From the NCBI GenBank assembly GCA_032128875.1, contig JAVLKG010000003.1:1016974-1080973 (forward strand): a DNA stretch of 64,000 bases, written 5' to 3'. The DNA is from Candidatus Melainabacteria bacterium 17Bon1m. GTDB taxonomy: Bacteria > Cyanobacteriota > Vampirovibrionia > Obscuribacterales > Obscuribacteraceae. The notes under the pieces were generated by a model. That model had not been told where the DNA came from, did not search any database, and worked only from the letters and a program-made list of their open reading frames with translations. Every line of letters starts with the position of its first letter. The first letter of the stretch is position 1. Position numbers and translations under genes: made by a program. Below, piece by piece: positions 26,673-37,102 of this stretch.

Positions 26673-27845
26673 TTAAGCTTTGCGGCTAATTTCCACAGGC
26701 GTTACGAGTTCGCCTAGTTCATTTATTTGCGCTTCAGAATTGGACGCTGAAGGGCAGGTTCCGCAGCCGGCGCCTTGATTAGTCCCGCTCATAGGGTTGG
26801 CCGGCAGTTTTGCAATTGCTTTGTCTTTACTACCGGGCAGCATCCTTGTCAGGTTGAGTCCTGTTCTGGCTTCAACGTACTGTTTGGCTTTTTCCTTGCC
26901 CCAGCGCAATTTGCTCTTCACATTGAGAAGGAAATATTTGTCGGGCGGCCACAAGAACGAAGTCTCGAAATAACACCAAATAGTGCATCCCTGGCAAAAG
27001 TCCCACGAACCTTCTTCCGATCGTTTCTTCTGCACCGGTGGGCTTCGCCACAGCTCATCCAGGTTGGAGCGACCGTTTTCGTGTTTGATCTTCAGCCTTT
27101 CATCGTGCATGTGATAGCACGGCAAGAGCAGATGATCGTCAGGTGAGATAACTATGGTTGATGAAACCGCCCGGCAGCGCGGGCTTTTGACCTGATTGCC
27201 GCCATTCAGGTAAAACTCGAGAAACGCCCAGTTAACACAGACATTGTCGAATTTAGCCAGTCTTTGAAGTTCTTTGATGCCTTCTTTGTGCAGCAATTCG
27301 TTGCCGCAGAAATCGAAGACCGGTCCTAGAAGCACTACGACGCCCAATTCTTGCGCCAGCCTGATGACAGGTTCCATGCCCCAGATAGATTCTTGCGTCG
27401 CCGTGGCAATGATAGATGGGCGCTCGCCAAGGCTGCGTGCAAGCTTTAAGCTTTCAACAACTTTGTCGTATCCGTCGATGCCGCGCTCAGCCTTGTATTC
27501 ATCTCGATCTGTGGTTGAAAGCGAGAATTTCAAATCGTCGACCAGTCCGACAAGTTCTTTTGCCATGCGCGGATAGAGTGTTCCGGTGTTGGCAAGGCTG
27601 GTGAAGAACCCCATTGCTTTGGCTGCCCGCAAGACTTCCGGCAAGTATCTGTAGATAAGCGGTTCGCCACCGGTGAAATCAAGAACTTTCACACCCAGAC
27701 GTTTGAGCGCTGCCAGGTTTTCAATGATTGTCTCTGGCTGACTTTCTTTGATGCGAATGTTTTCCGGCTTAATAGGAATGTCGCAATAGGTGCAGCGCGA
27801 ATTGCACTTATAAGTGAGGTAATAGTTGGCAAGGATAGGCGGCAC
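26673..27845 (-). CDS. Radical SAM protein with SPASM/twitch-like domain
   Basis: CNSRCTYC, FTGGEPL, C-terminal C..PC..CQGC...C. Confidence 0.92.
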   Translation of the reverse strand: MPPILANYYLTYKCNSRCTYCDIPIKPENIRIKESQPETIIENLAALKRLGVKVLDFTGGEPLIYRYLPEVLRAAKAMGFFTSLANTGTLYPRMAKELVGLVDDLKFSLSTTDRDEYKAERGIDGYDKVVESLKLARSLGERPSIIATATQESIWGMEPVIRLAQELGVVVLLGPVFDFCGNELLHKEGIKELQRLAKFDNVCVNWAFLEFYLNGGNQVKSPRCRAVSSTIVISPDDHLLLPCYHMHDERLKIKHENGRSNLDELWRSPPVQKKRSEEGSWDFCQGCTIWCYFETSFLWPPDKYFLLNVKSKLRWGKEKAKQYVEARTGLNLTRMLPGSKDKAIAKLPANPMSGTNQGAGCGTCPSASNSEAQINELGELVTPVEISRKA

Positions 27846-28101
27846 TGTCTAAAGCTCGATTCTTGTGGCTTGGTATTGGCGCGACTCGGTATTAGTCAGT
27901 TGGTTCCAAAAAGTTTGGGCTTCTCTTGCCAACCTGTTGCGTGTCACTGCTATAGGGCGCCGGCTGGCAGTCGAAAGACTGTAGAGGGCGGTCAGGGTTG
28001 TTTTATACAAATACAGTATATTAAAGCCGCTAGCGGCTACATTATCTGGTTGCCAGGTATGGGCGACTTTCGCTAAATAACTTCTATAAAGTAGGTTTTC
28101 T

Positions 28102-28656
28102 GTGCGCCATCCTCGTCTGCTAAAAAGAGAAGATTCCGTTCTTCTCATCGTTGATGTTCAAGAAAGTTTTCGCTCGAACATTCAAAACTTTGCCGATTTG
28201 ACCCGCAACATCACGATAATGGCGGAAGCGGCGAAGATTTTGAAATTGCCTGTAGTGGTTACGGAGCAGTATCCTCAAGGTCTAGGCAACATTGTGGCCG
28301 AGATTTCAGCTTGCTTGGGAGAGCACAAACTGTTTGAAAAAAGTTGCTTCAGCTGCTGTGGCAACGAACAGTTTATGTCTTATCTGGAAGGCACGGGGCG
28401 CAAACAGATTGTTGTGACTGGGATTGAAGCACATGTTTGCATCAATCAAACAGTTCACGATCTTATGGAAGCAGGGTATCAGGTCCATCTCGTTACAGAT
28501 GCTGTATCGAGCCGTAGTCAGAAGAATCGCGAAGTCGGAATTGAAAAAATGCTGCAATCCGGCGCCATTCCTTCATCTGTAGAGGCTGCACTTTTTGAAA
28601 TGTTGGTCGAAGCAAATACAGAAACGTTCAAAGCCGTGCAGCGACTCGTTAAATAG
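28102..28656 (+). CDS. Isochorismatase-family hydrolase
   Basis: LLIVDVQE, TEQYPQGLG, EKSCFSC, GIEAHVCINQT. Confidence 0.93.
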   Translation: MRHPRLLKREDSVLLIVDVQESFRSNIQNFADLTRNITIMAEAAKILKLPVVVTEQYPQGLGNIVAEISACLGEHKLFEKSCFSCCGNEQFMSYLEGTGRKQIVVTGIEAHVCINQTVHDLMEAGYQVHLVTDAVSSRSQKNREVGIEKMLQSGAIPSSVEAALFEMLVEANTETFKAVQRLVK

Positions 28657-28859
28657 CATCGAGACATCGAACCGCTGGTGGTGGCGTACTAAATCTGTTG
28701 CAGTATCCACGCGCACCCTGTCGAATTTGCTCAAATTGCAGCATTGCTGCATTGCATTGCGAAACTTAGCTAAATTAGCATTATCCCTTGGATAGTTCGC
28801 TCGCAATGTGATTTACTTTTGCGCGGAAGCTTGCCAATATTAAAGACGTCAAGCGATTT

Positions 28860-30902
28860 ATGGAAACCCCCGGTATGCGAAATTATTCTCCATTGGTGCC
28901 CAGGCGTGCGGGTGCATTGGGAGCGCTTTTGTCGTTGTCATGCATACTTAGTTATGCGCCATGTTACTTAGGCGGCTTGCCGGTACTTGCTCAAACGACT
29001 GCTCCTTCAGGCAATCCCAACGATCAGCTTACTCAGCCGTCCAATCCGCCTCAAACTGCTGTTCCGGCTGGACCTCAGCCCTCCATGCCATTGCAGCCGT
29101 CGGTTCCATATAAAGTTGAGCCGCAGAGCACTGGTTCTGGCTCTGCGATCAATCCGCAAAATCCGGCTTCCGGCAACGATGGTTTGCCCAGCGGTGCAAG
29201 GGTTGAATCAGAGTTGAACTATGGGCAAGGCACGAGTGAAGAAACGGTAAAGCAGGAGTTGAATACTTCTCCACTTTCTCCTTTTTTCCGTAAGCAAGAA
29301 ACCCAAATTATCGAAGGTCAAGCAACCGATTTCAGAAATAAATATCTGGTCGGTGAAGCAATTGAGTTGCAGCTTCCCAAGCCGGAGCAGATGATTCCGC
29401 TTGGAGGCAGGTTGCCTCCAATTCGATTGGAAGCTAGCTATACACAACCTGTTGGTTTGAAGGATGTATTGCAGTACGCCATCGGCAACAACCTCGATAT
29501 TCGCATTCAGCAAGAACAAGTAAACACCGAGAGATGGCGGTTAGGAGCGCAAATGGGGCGCTTCTTGCCAGACACGATCATGGATTACCAATCGCAGTAT
29601 ATCCAGGGTTCGCAATTACTCGGTGGAACAATTCCAATTGCGTTTGCTACGCCGAACGTGCTTACCCATGCTGGTTTTCGCTACTACGGATTCCGTGGCG
29701 GCAGTGTTATGTTCGGCACGCTTGCGCAGCTTCATAATTACAAAGCCTCAAAGCAACAACTGAAAGCCAATGTAAATGACACTCTTATGGAGGTCGCGCG
29801 TCAGTATTACAACATGATTCGCAACCAGGCTTTGCTGCAAATTCAAACTCGCGCAGTAGAAGTGTCGAAAGCGCAGGTCTTACTCAACCAGCAATTACAG
29901 AGAGCCGGCACCGGGACTAAATTCCAAGTCCTTCAGGCAGAAACACAGTTGGCTCGCGACGAACAAAATCTGCTTACTCAGCAGGTCGAATTGCGCCGCA
30001 CTGCAATTAGACTCGCTGTTTCGCTCAACTTGAACAGCAGCGTAAACCTGCTTTCACTCGAGCCTGAAGTGAGAAAGACGCGCCTTTTTGATCCAAACCT
30101 AGATATCAATCGCATCATTGCACTGACGATATTAAACCGACCTGAATTGCGACAATTTGAAGAGCTTCGCCTTGCCGCGCGCAGACAAGTTCAAGTGGCT
30201 GCTGCTCCTCTTTATCCCCGCTTTTCATTCTTCGGCACCATTACCGGAAGCGGTCAAACTCTCAGTCAAAAGTATGCATTCGTGCCTGGCTCTTTCCGCG
30301 ATGTTCCTGTAACCGGTCCTGCACCACAGGGAAATGTTATTGACGTAACGCAGGGCAACGGCAATAACCCGACTGGAAACATCAATCAATTCGTCAATCC
30401 GGCATTGAATGCTACTCTCACTCAGGCTGGTGAAGTTTTTACCCCGCCAAGCTTTGTTTCGCGTCAGATTCGACCGTCTTACGCGATCGGCTGGTTATTG
30501 GACTGGAACTACGAAGGTCTTGGTGTTCCCACAGCCGCAACCGTTGGCGCTCAAAAGGCTCAAGCTCGCCAAGCACTGTTGCGCTCTAACCAAACGCTGA
30601 TAAATGTTTTGCAAGAAGTTCGTGACGCTTATCTGACAAGCCAAACCGCCGAAAGGCAGATCGAAGTGGCGACAAAAGGCGTTTTATCATCGGCGGAAGA
30701 ACTTCGTCTTGCTCGTGTGCGTCTGGCAAATGGCGTAGGGACTAACATCGACGTCATTAACGCTCAGCGCGATTTCACTCAGGCCCTGGTCACAAAGGCA
30801 GACGCCATTGTGGTTTTCAACATCGCTCAAGCGCAACTTCTGAGAAATATGGGTTTAATATCAGTAGATAATCTGACTTCCGGAAGACTTGTGACTCAAT
30901 AA
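28860..30902 (+). CDS. TolC-family outer membrane efflux protein
   Basis: Signal peptide, two OEP repeats (GTGTKFQVLQAE; GVGTNIDVINAQ). Confidence 0.9.
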   Translation: METPGMRNYSPLVPRRAGALGALLSLSCILSYAPCYLGGLPVLAQTTAPSGNPNDQLTQPSNPPQTAVPAGPQPSMPLQPSVPYKVEPQSTGSGSAINPQNPASGNDGLPSGARVESELNYGQGTSEETVKQELNTSPLSPFFRKQETQIIEGQATDFRNKYLVGEAIELQLPKPEQMIPLGGRLPPIRLEASYTQPVGLKDVLQYAIGNNLDIRIQQEQVNTERWRLGAQMGRFLPDTIMDYQSQYIQGSQLLGGTIPIAFATPNVLTHAGFRYYGFRGGSVMFGTLAQLHNYKASKQQLKANVNDTLMEVARQYYNMIRNQALLQIQTRAVEVSKAQVLLNQQLQRAGTGTKFQVLQAETQLARDEQNLLTQQVELRRTAIRLAVSLNLNSSVNLLSLEPEVRKTRLFDPNLDINRIIALTILNRPELRQFEELRLAARRQVQVAAAPLYPRFSFFGTITGSGQTLSQKYAFVPGSFRDVPVTGPAPQGNVIDVTQGNGNNPTGNINQFVNPALNATLTQAGEVFTPPSFVSRQIRPSYAIGWLLDWNYEGLGVPTAATVGAQKAQARQALLRSNQTLINVLQEVRDAYLTSQTAERQIEVATKGVLSSAEELRLARVRLANGVGTNIDVINAQRDFTQALVTKADAIVVFNIAQAQLLRNMGLISVDNLTSGRLVTQ

Positions 30903-30928
30903 CCGTTATGTAATGACATTTTCTGGGA

Positions 30929-32182
30929 TTGATGTCACAGGGGGAGATACCTAGCAGGCCCCTCGGAATCCCAGGTCTATCGTGGACTATTTTGAGGAGT
31001 GCTCCCTTGGCGGACAAGAACCTCATAGGCATGATTGGCGGATTGCTGAAACGCTCTCGCAGCGAAACAGGCGGTCCCAAGCTCTTTCGCCTTAAAGAGA
31101 CGAACCTGGTTCGCCCTGACGATGACATCACGGGCGAAGAGCAGCAAGTTGCCAGAGAGCAAAGCTACACAGACCTTTGGTTGTCGGCACTCGACACTTC
31201 CAATGCCAAAGAGAAGAAACCTCGTTTGGCTGGCGCTGCAGCCGGCAGTGCGCGGCGCGGGCCGTCCAATCCCGATTTGAGTTTTACCGATGTCTGGATG
31301 AAGTCTCTGGCACCACCGCCGGAGGCGTTTGCGGAGTCGCAGGCTGATCCCGAACGTCTGAAAGAAGGCTCAGACCTCAAAGAAGGCGATTACAAGGTTC
31401 TTTTCCAGGTCGATAGACCGGGCTTCGGAAATTCGTATCTGGTATCGCACCAGGTCATGGATGCGGAAGGCAACTTCCTGAAGAAGGTCGCAGTCTTGAA
31501 GCGTTATCACCTTGTAGAGCCTAAAGATCCCGATATGCCGGACTCTGCGAGCCGTTTTATGAAGTATGCAAAACGGCTTGCCAAAATCGATCACCCCAAT
31601 ATCGTTCCGGTGCTCGACTACTTTGTCGAGGGTGATTACGGTTACCTGGTTCACCAATATTTGGAAGGTTTCTCTTTAAAGAAACAAATTCGGCAACTTG
31701 GTCCGCTGGACGAAAAGACAGTCATTGGGCTGCTTTTGCAGATGACTGATGTGGTTGGACACCTGCATGACCAGCCATCGCCGGTGGTGCATATTGATCT
31801 GACCCCGGATATTTTGCAAATGTGGCGCGGCAACACTTTGAAGTTGATCGATCTCGGTCCGGACCCCAGTCGCGGCATCTTCACTGCCCGCGCAGGCAAG
31901 AGCTACATGAAGTATTTGGCTCCCGAGCGTCTCACATCGAAGCCGGACGAACGCACCAATATGTATTCCATGGGTGCAACGCTCTTCTTCCTCATTACCG
32001 GCAGATCGCCTGTGAAAGGCGTTGAGGCGCTCCATCCGCGCTCTTACAACAAGCGCGTTAGTCATCAATTGGATGCAATAATTGCCCGCCTGACCGCTGC
32101 CGACTTCCGCGATCGTTATGCCAGCATAGCCGAGCTAAAAGACTGCGCCTTCATGGCTCAGCTCTTTTACGGCACTAAATAA
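30929..32182 (+). CDS. Ser/Thr kinase-like protein, possibly a pseudokinase
   Basis: VAVLK, HPNIV, HIDLTPDI, DLG, YLAPE. Confidence 0.8.
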   Translation: MMSQGEIPSRPLGIPGLSWTILRSAPLADKNLIGMIGGLLKRSRSETGGPKLFRLKETNLVRPDDDITGEEQQVAREQSYTDLWLSALDTSNAKEKKPRLAGAAAGSARRGPSNPDLSFTDVWMKSLAPPPEAFAESQADPERLKEGSDLKEGDYKVLFQVDRPGFGNSYLVSHQVMDAEGNFLKKVAVLKRYHLVEPKDPDMPDSASRFMKYAKRLAKIDHPNIVPVLDYFVEGDYGYLVHQYLEGFSLKKQIRQLGPLDEKTVIGLLLQMTDVVGHLHDQPSPVVHIDLTPDILQMWRGNTLKLIDLGPDPSRGIFTARAGKSYMKYLAPERLTSKPDERTNMYSMGATLFFLITGRSPVKGVEALHPRSYNKRVSHQLDAIIARLTAADFRDRYASIAELKDCAFMAQLFYGTK

Positions 32183-32188
32183 GCGTTT

Positions 32189-32881
32189 TTATTCGACCAG
32201 ATAGATCTTGTTGGGCAGTTTTTCGCAGTCTATTGCATGGCCGCCGGCCAGGTCAGACCACTGGTCTCCGATGTTGACCACAATAGTGAAGCCCATCTTT
32301 TCCACTTCTTCTCGCAGCGGTACTTTCACCGACTCTGCACCGCCACGGTCGCCTTCCTTTCTCATCAGCAGACCGTCGTAGGCGACTTGCCGTTTGACCA
32401 AGTTGGCAATTGTGTCCGCCCTCAAGCCCTCACGGCGCCCTGTGATGAAGAAAATCGCAAAGCCGTTCTTCCTCGCCCAAGTCAAAAACTTGGCGGTTTT
32501 GGGAAGCAGCGGGGCGTCTGCTTTCTTGATCCACGCTTCAAAGGCTGGCCAGTTAAACTTTGGTGTCGCATCAAAGTGAGGGCGATTGTCTATTAGAGTC
32601 TCGTCCAGGTCGCTTACAACCGCGCCAAACCCTTTTACCTTGCCGGCTTCCTTGTTTTTGAGAAACTGCTTGCAAGCTGCATAGGCGTCGTCGATTGCCT
32701 TCTCTGTTTCCTTCTTGTACTCAGGCGTCTTGCTGAAGTCCAAACCGATGCGATTGCCGAAGTCCTTTTCCACCAAGGGCGGCGGCTTTACGTCATTGGC
32801 CGGCAGGCTAAAACTCGGCTGGCAGACCAAACAGGACGAGGCAATGCTGAGGACCAGCGCGGTTCTAATTGGAAATAGCAA
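32189..32881 (-). CDS. Exported HAD-superfamily (class B-like) acid phosphatase
   Basis: DLDETL, FITGR, NIGDQWSDL, KLPN; signal peptide. Confidence 0.9.
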   Translation of the reverse strand: MLFPIRTALVLSIASSCLVCQPSFSLPANDVKPPPLVEKDFGNRIGLDFSKTPEYKKETEKAIDDAYAACKQFLKNKEAGKVKGFGAVVSDLDETLIDNRPHFDATPKFNWPAFEAWIKKADAPLLPKTAKFLTWARKNGFAIFFITGRREGLRADTIANLVKRQVAYDGLLMRKEGDRGGAESVKVPLREEVEKMGFTIVVNIGDQWSDLAGGHAIDCEKLPNKIYLVE

Positions 32882-32987
32882 GATGCTTCACCAGGGAAAG
32901 GGTGTGAATGGCAGCGCGAAAGCCAAGAAAGCCAAATTCAAATGGATTTGCTCACTTGCGTGCGACAGCCAGGGATATTCTACGCGC

Positions 32988-33260
32988 TTACGCTCCGCGC
33001 ATGCTGACGCCGCGACCCATTGCGTAAGTCGTGTGACCAATGCAAGTCTTTTCTTTCCCGGACGATTTCGTAACTTCGATAGTCTGTTGTTCTTTAGGCG
33101 CTTCGGCTTCTGCGTCCACGTAGTGGCCCCAGTAAGTGACACCTACTTTGAATTTCTTGTCTTTGCGCTCTGGGAGAAACCTCTGCGGTTCTGCAATGGC
33201 AACGAGCAGCACAAGTGCCACAATTCCGCCGAATATATAGAAGAAATCCATCTGCCTCAC
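32988..33260 (-). CDS. Small membrane-anchored hypothetical protein
   Basis: N-terminal TM; AAGGA SD. Confidence 0.55.
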   Translation of the reverse strand: MRQMDFFYIFGGIVALVLLVAIAEPQRFLPERKDKKFKVGVTYWGHYVDAEAEAPKEQQTIEVTKSSGKEKTCIGHTTYAMGRGVSMRGA

Positions 33261-33575
33261 CCGTCCTTATGGGTCTACCGCCCCCTCCCCAAAATTCAAG
33301 GCGGGATTAGCCCCGGCTTTTCGCCTAAGGCAAGCGGTATGGTCTTCCTCTGGTTTCTCACCGCCACCAGGGCGCGGAAATCAAGTGGATATAGATTAAA
33401 TGAAAGCTTTTGGGTTGTCCATGGGAAATGCCCCAATTTGGACGGGAAAGAGCTTAAAAAGTGGAAATAGTGGGCGTTTTCGGGCTTTCCTTGCAAAACT
33501 TTTAGGCTGGCGGGCTCCAGGGGAGCAGGAAGACGGTGGTAATCGGACACTCAATCCCTAATCGTCAATCTCCTC

Positions 33576-33653
33576 CTTCTCGCCTTTCGCCTTTCGCCTT
33601 TTCGCCTTCTCGCCTATTCGCCTTCTCGCCTTCCCGCCTATCGTCTTTCGCCC
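33576..33653. repeat. Short tandem 7-8 nt repeat (TTCGCCT-like), about 10 copies
   Basis: cttctcgcctttcgcctttcgccttttcgccttctcgcctattcgcc... Confidence 0.85.
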
Positions 33654-33738
33654 ATCAGAACTTTCCGCCCAGGTCAAAAACTGGGCACCGTATCCGGTGA
33701 CCAGCGAAAGTTCTAAATTCAGACTGCATTCTTTGACG

Positions 33739-33933
33739 TTAGCCGTTGCTGGCGTCGGGCGATGGTCTGTCGAATCCGTTCAGGTTGGCGATGATGTCCA
33801 GAGCAACTCGAGCTGCATCGGCAGTGCTTATCGACATGCCTGTCGTTTCGACCTTCTGCAAAATGGACAGGTAAACATCTACAAATTCGTCCGCCATTTC
33901 TTTTGACGATTTGTCCGTATAAGGCATTGCCAA
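33739..33933 (-). CDS. Small hypothetical protein
   Basis: 64 aa, AAGGAG SD. Confidence 0.6.
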   Translation of the reverse strand: MAMPYTDKSSKEMADEFVDVYLSILQKVETTGMSISTADAARVALDIIANLNGFDRPSPDASNG

Positions 33934-34033
33934 CTCCTTTTTTCTAGCGCTCGGTTGCGTGGTGTCTGATCATACTCAATAGCGCCCCGGAGATTGTGAG
34001 ACGCCCTTGTTTACCGAGTGCAAGCCGAACAGC

Positions 34034-34063
34034 AAAAGAAAACGGCGCGGAAATACCGCGCCG
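34034..34063 (-). terminator. Rho-independent terminator
   Basis: CGGCGCGG-TATTT-CCGCGCCG followed by TTTTCTTTT on minus. Confidence 0.8.
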
Positions 34064-34092
34064 CTATGGAGCTGTGAGTTGAACGGGTCGGC

Positions 34093-34254
34093 TTATTGCT
34101 TAACCAGTTCTGCCAATTCGCTGTACATTCCTGCAATCTGAGCAGCAACGGTGGCGGAAGAATTTTCTTCTTGAGAGTATCTCGTGAATTCTTCTGCTTT
34201 CCGTTCAAACATTCCGAGCAATCTTTGGTTGAAATTGTTGATGTGATCGTTCAT
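34093..34254 (-). CDS. 53-aa helical small protein (not in ORF track)
   Basis: MNDHINNFNQRLLGMFERKAEEFTRYSQEENSSATVAAQIAGMYSELAELVKQ; ends just before the terminator. Confidence 0.6.
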   Translation of the reverse strand: MNDHINNFNQRLLGMFERKAEEFTRYSQEENSSATVAAQIAGMYSELAELVKQ

Positions 34255-34669
34255 GGGGCGTGCTTTCTAGTAGGCTGTGACGCGGTTGCTGCAGGTGGGG
34301 TACCCGCCGCTTGGCTGATTTGTAATAGAAGAAGTTGAATTAATTTTGTCTCAAACGGATGTCAAGCTCAATAGGTTTTGAGCAAGTTTCCATGATTTAT
34401 TCAAAAGTTTAATCAAGCAGCGTATATGTTTTCGATATTCGGGCGTGGTGGCGCAGGTGGTATTACCGCTGGTAGTCGCATTTAGACTCGACCAAAAATG
34501 CATCAAATTTGACCTTCCCTTAACCATCTTAAAGCCGCATGTAAAGCGCGTCTGTGTGGTATGAGTCCAGCTGGTTTTTGAGTGGTATCAAACTCGGTGA
34601 CCGCCCTTTTTTGTAATTGATCCATCACCCGGTTGGATCGTTCATGCTACCCCCCGCGGTATCACTCCG

Positions 34670-34706
34670 AAAACAAAAGTCGAGAGCATTCGCCCTCGAC
34701 TTTTTT
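34670..34706 (-). terminator. Rho-independent terminator of the HU gene (possibly bidirectional)
   Basis: GTCGAGGGC-GAAT-GCTCTCGAC-TTTTGTTTT on minus; T-run on plus as well. Confidence 0.8.
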
Positions 34707-34753
34707 ACTAGCTGACTAGCTCGCCTCTTTTCGAGTCCGAACTAAAAGATCAA

Positions 34754-35131
34754 TTAGCGCTTGCGGCCTTTCGATGCTTTGCTGGTCTTCTTGGCAGACT
34801 TTGCAGCCGGCTTGGAAGAAGACTTTGTTTGCGAAGCAAACGCTTTTTGGCGCGTGCTGCCATTGACGATGTCCTTGAGCTCTTGTCCGGCTCTGAAAGC
34901 AGGAACGCGGCTGGAAGGAATGCGCAATGGGGCGAGAGTTCTGGGGTTGCGACCAGTTCTGGCTTGACGGTTGCGTCTTTCAAACGTACCGAAACCTACC
35001 AGCGTCACTTTTTCGCCCTTGCTGATAGCACCGGTGATGGTGTGCAGAAAGGTCGAGACCGTTTCGCTGACAATGGTCTTGGGTTGCCCGGTAAGCTCAG
35101 CAATTTCGCTGATCAGCTCAGCACGGTTCAT
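34754..35131 (-). CDS. hup: HU-family DNA-binding protein with Lys/Ser/Ala-rich tail
   Basis: MNRAELI, VTLVGFGTF, RTGRNPRT, PAFRAG. Confidence 0.95.
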   Translation of the reverse strand: MNRAELISEIAELTGQPKTIVSETVSTFLHTITGAISKGEKVTLVGFGTFERRNRQARTGRNPRTLAPLRIPSSRVPAFRAGQELKDIVNGSTRQKAFASQTKSSSKPAAKSAKKTSKASKGRKR

Positions 35132-35401
35132 TCGATATCCTCCTTAAATGAAAAACCCAGTTTTTGGCTTCCAAGCTGCGGATGTTATCACCCGTTAATA
35201 CGTAAAACAAGCCAGAAGGCGCCCAAATCTTTTGATTACGGCGGTTTCGAGTCCTCACTGAATACCCCAAAAGCCATGCTGGAAATACGTTTTCAGGTTC
35301 ATGCAAAAAACGCAAGTTTTATCTTCGCTGGCGTATCTGCCACGTATATACAGATTTCGGGCTCCAACAAGTTAAGATAGGACTAGAAGAGTTATCGATA
35401 T

Positions 35402-37102
35402 ATGGTTCATTCGCAGTTCGCTTATCAGCCCACATTGCGCCAATTGCTCAGTTCTGAGGCGTTTGCCGAAGCACAGGTGCTTTGCTGCGACGATAGTATC
35501 GACTCTGCGGTCACGCAAGTAATCTCCAATTTAGCCTCCCCATTTCGCCAGGGAAGCCTGCTGGTCAATAAACTTGAGGCCTTTGAAGGCAAGGAATTGA
35601 AGAATGTCGCCGATCTCTCGGCTGTCGTTGTTATCAAATCAATTGCCGATACTACGGTGCGGACCAGCCGCTCAGCGCGAGCACAGGGCGGCGCTGAGCC
35701 TGTTGCCAAGCTGGTTGTGCCTTCGATTGCTCCGGTTCCAAACTATGATGCCGCGCTAAAGCAGCTCCTCAAGACCTGCCAGGAAGTGCACGTTCCACTG
35801 ATAAGCATGCCCGGCTTTGGAGACCTGGGGCAGATTTCGGACGAAGTTCGATTTACTTTCCTGCGCCAGCTCAAGCTCAACAGCACGCGCCTGCATACAT
35901 TTTTGATGAACCTGGTGGTCGAGGAAGGGCTGGAAGGTCTTGTCGAGGAGGTTTCCAATCAGCTGAATCGCCCGCTCAGTATTGAGTCGGCGCAGTTTTC
36001 GCTGATGGCGTCCAAGAATATGGGAGGCACGCCCGCCAGCCAGCAGCGCAGCCTCGCGGATGATGTCTATAAGACCGTACGCAAGCAACTCAAGACCCCG
36101 GATTCTAATGACGGCAAGGACTGGATCATCCCGACCCTCAAGGTCGGCAAGCGCCTGGTAGCTCCGATATTGTTGGGGGAGAACATCGTCGGCTATATCT
36201 CGTCAATGGTTCGGCCCAATGACGATATGGAAGCAATTGCCGAGCTTTTGCGTCCTGCAGCGCTCGCCTGCATGATTGAGTTTCATCAGAATCGGCAAAC
36301 CGGTCCGATGTTTGCTGCCACGCAGAAGAGTTTGCTTAAGGACCTCTTGCTCGGCGGCTCTCTGGCAGCGTCTGACCAGGAGCGCATGGATCAGCACTAT
36401 GGATTTGACATGGCTGATGGCATTCTTGTTTTTGCTTGCAGCGCGTTAAATCGCCAGGGGCAGCCTCTTGCGCTTGAAGGGCTGCCGGAAAATTTCGGGG
36501 TGATGACTGAAATAGAAGGGACGGCAACGGTTGTCTTTCCTTATCTTGCAAATTCCGGTAAAACCTGGCAGCAAGTCGCAGAAGCGCTTCAAAAGCAGCT
36601 TAAGGAACTTGTAAAACAAAAGCCGGGCGGTGCGGATGCTCAGATTCAAATTGGTGCCGGGCGGATGGCAGAGACCACATTTGACCTAGCGGAGAGTTAT
36701 CGTGAGGCGCGTCAGGCTCTCATCGTAGGCTCAATGATGCACGCCGATAAAGAATTCACGATCGGCTACGGCGAGCTGGGCGTCAAGCGCTTGCTGTATT
36801 TGATGATTGACCACCCTGAATTGGAACGCTTTTGCGAAGAAATCATTGAACCTCTTGAGAGTTATGACGAAGAGTGGGAAAGCGAACTCGTGCCGAGTCT
36901 TCGTGTTTATCTGGCTGAGGGCGCCAATCTCAACTCGGCTGCCCGGGCTCTTTTCATTCACCGACATACTTTGCGCTATCGCCTTGAGCAAATTGCCGAA
37001 ATTCTCAAAGTTGACATCGACTCGCAAGAAGTATTGCTAAACTTGCAGATCGCTTTTCAAATTCGAGACATGATGAGCGGCAGCACAGGAAAGAGGGGAT
37101 GA
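35402..37102 (+). CDS. PucR/CdaR-family transcriptional regulator
   Basis: C-terminal NLNSAARALFIHRHTLRYRLEQI HTH; SYREARQAL. Confidence 0.9.
   Translation: MVHSQFAYQPTLRQLLSSEAFAEAQVLCCDDSIDSAVTQVISNLASPFRQGSLLVNKLEAFEGKELKNVADLSAVVVIKSIADTTVRTSRSARAQGGAEPVAKLVVPSIAPVPNYDAALKQLLKTCQEVHVPLISMPGFGDLGQISDEVRFTFLRQLKLNSTRLHTFLMNLVVEEGLEGLVEEVSNQLNRPLSIESAQFSLMASKNMGGTPASQQRSLADDVYKTVRKQLKTPDSNDGKDWIIPTLKVGKRLVAPILLGENIVGYISSMVRPNDDMEAIAELLRPAALACMIEFHQNRQTGPMFAATQKSLLKDLLLGGSLAASDQERMDQHYGFDMADGILVFACSALNRQGQPLALEGLPENFGVMTEIEGTATVVFPYLANSGKTWQQVAEALQKQLKELVKQKPGGADAQIQIGAGRMAETTFDLAESYREARQALIVGSMMHADKEFTIGYGELGVKRLLYLMIDHPELERFCEEIIEPLESYDEEWESELVPSLRVYLAEGANLNSAARALFIHRHTLRYRLEQIAEILKVDIDSQEVLLNLQIAFQIRDMMSGSTGKRG

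Noticed and set aside
32715-33550. ORFs 32715-33470 (+) and 33296-33550 (-)
   Set aside because: Antisense to better-supported genes or spanning promoter-like DNA; no recognisable motifs
34011-34208. 65-aa ORF in the track
   Set aside because: Runs through the terminator; the 53-aa ORF in another frame fits better
34441-34495. tRNA-like start GGGCGTGGTGGCGCAGGTGGTA
   Set aside because: No anticodon arm, T-loop or matching acceptor strand
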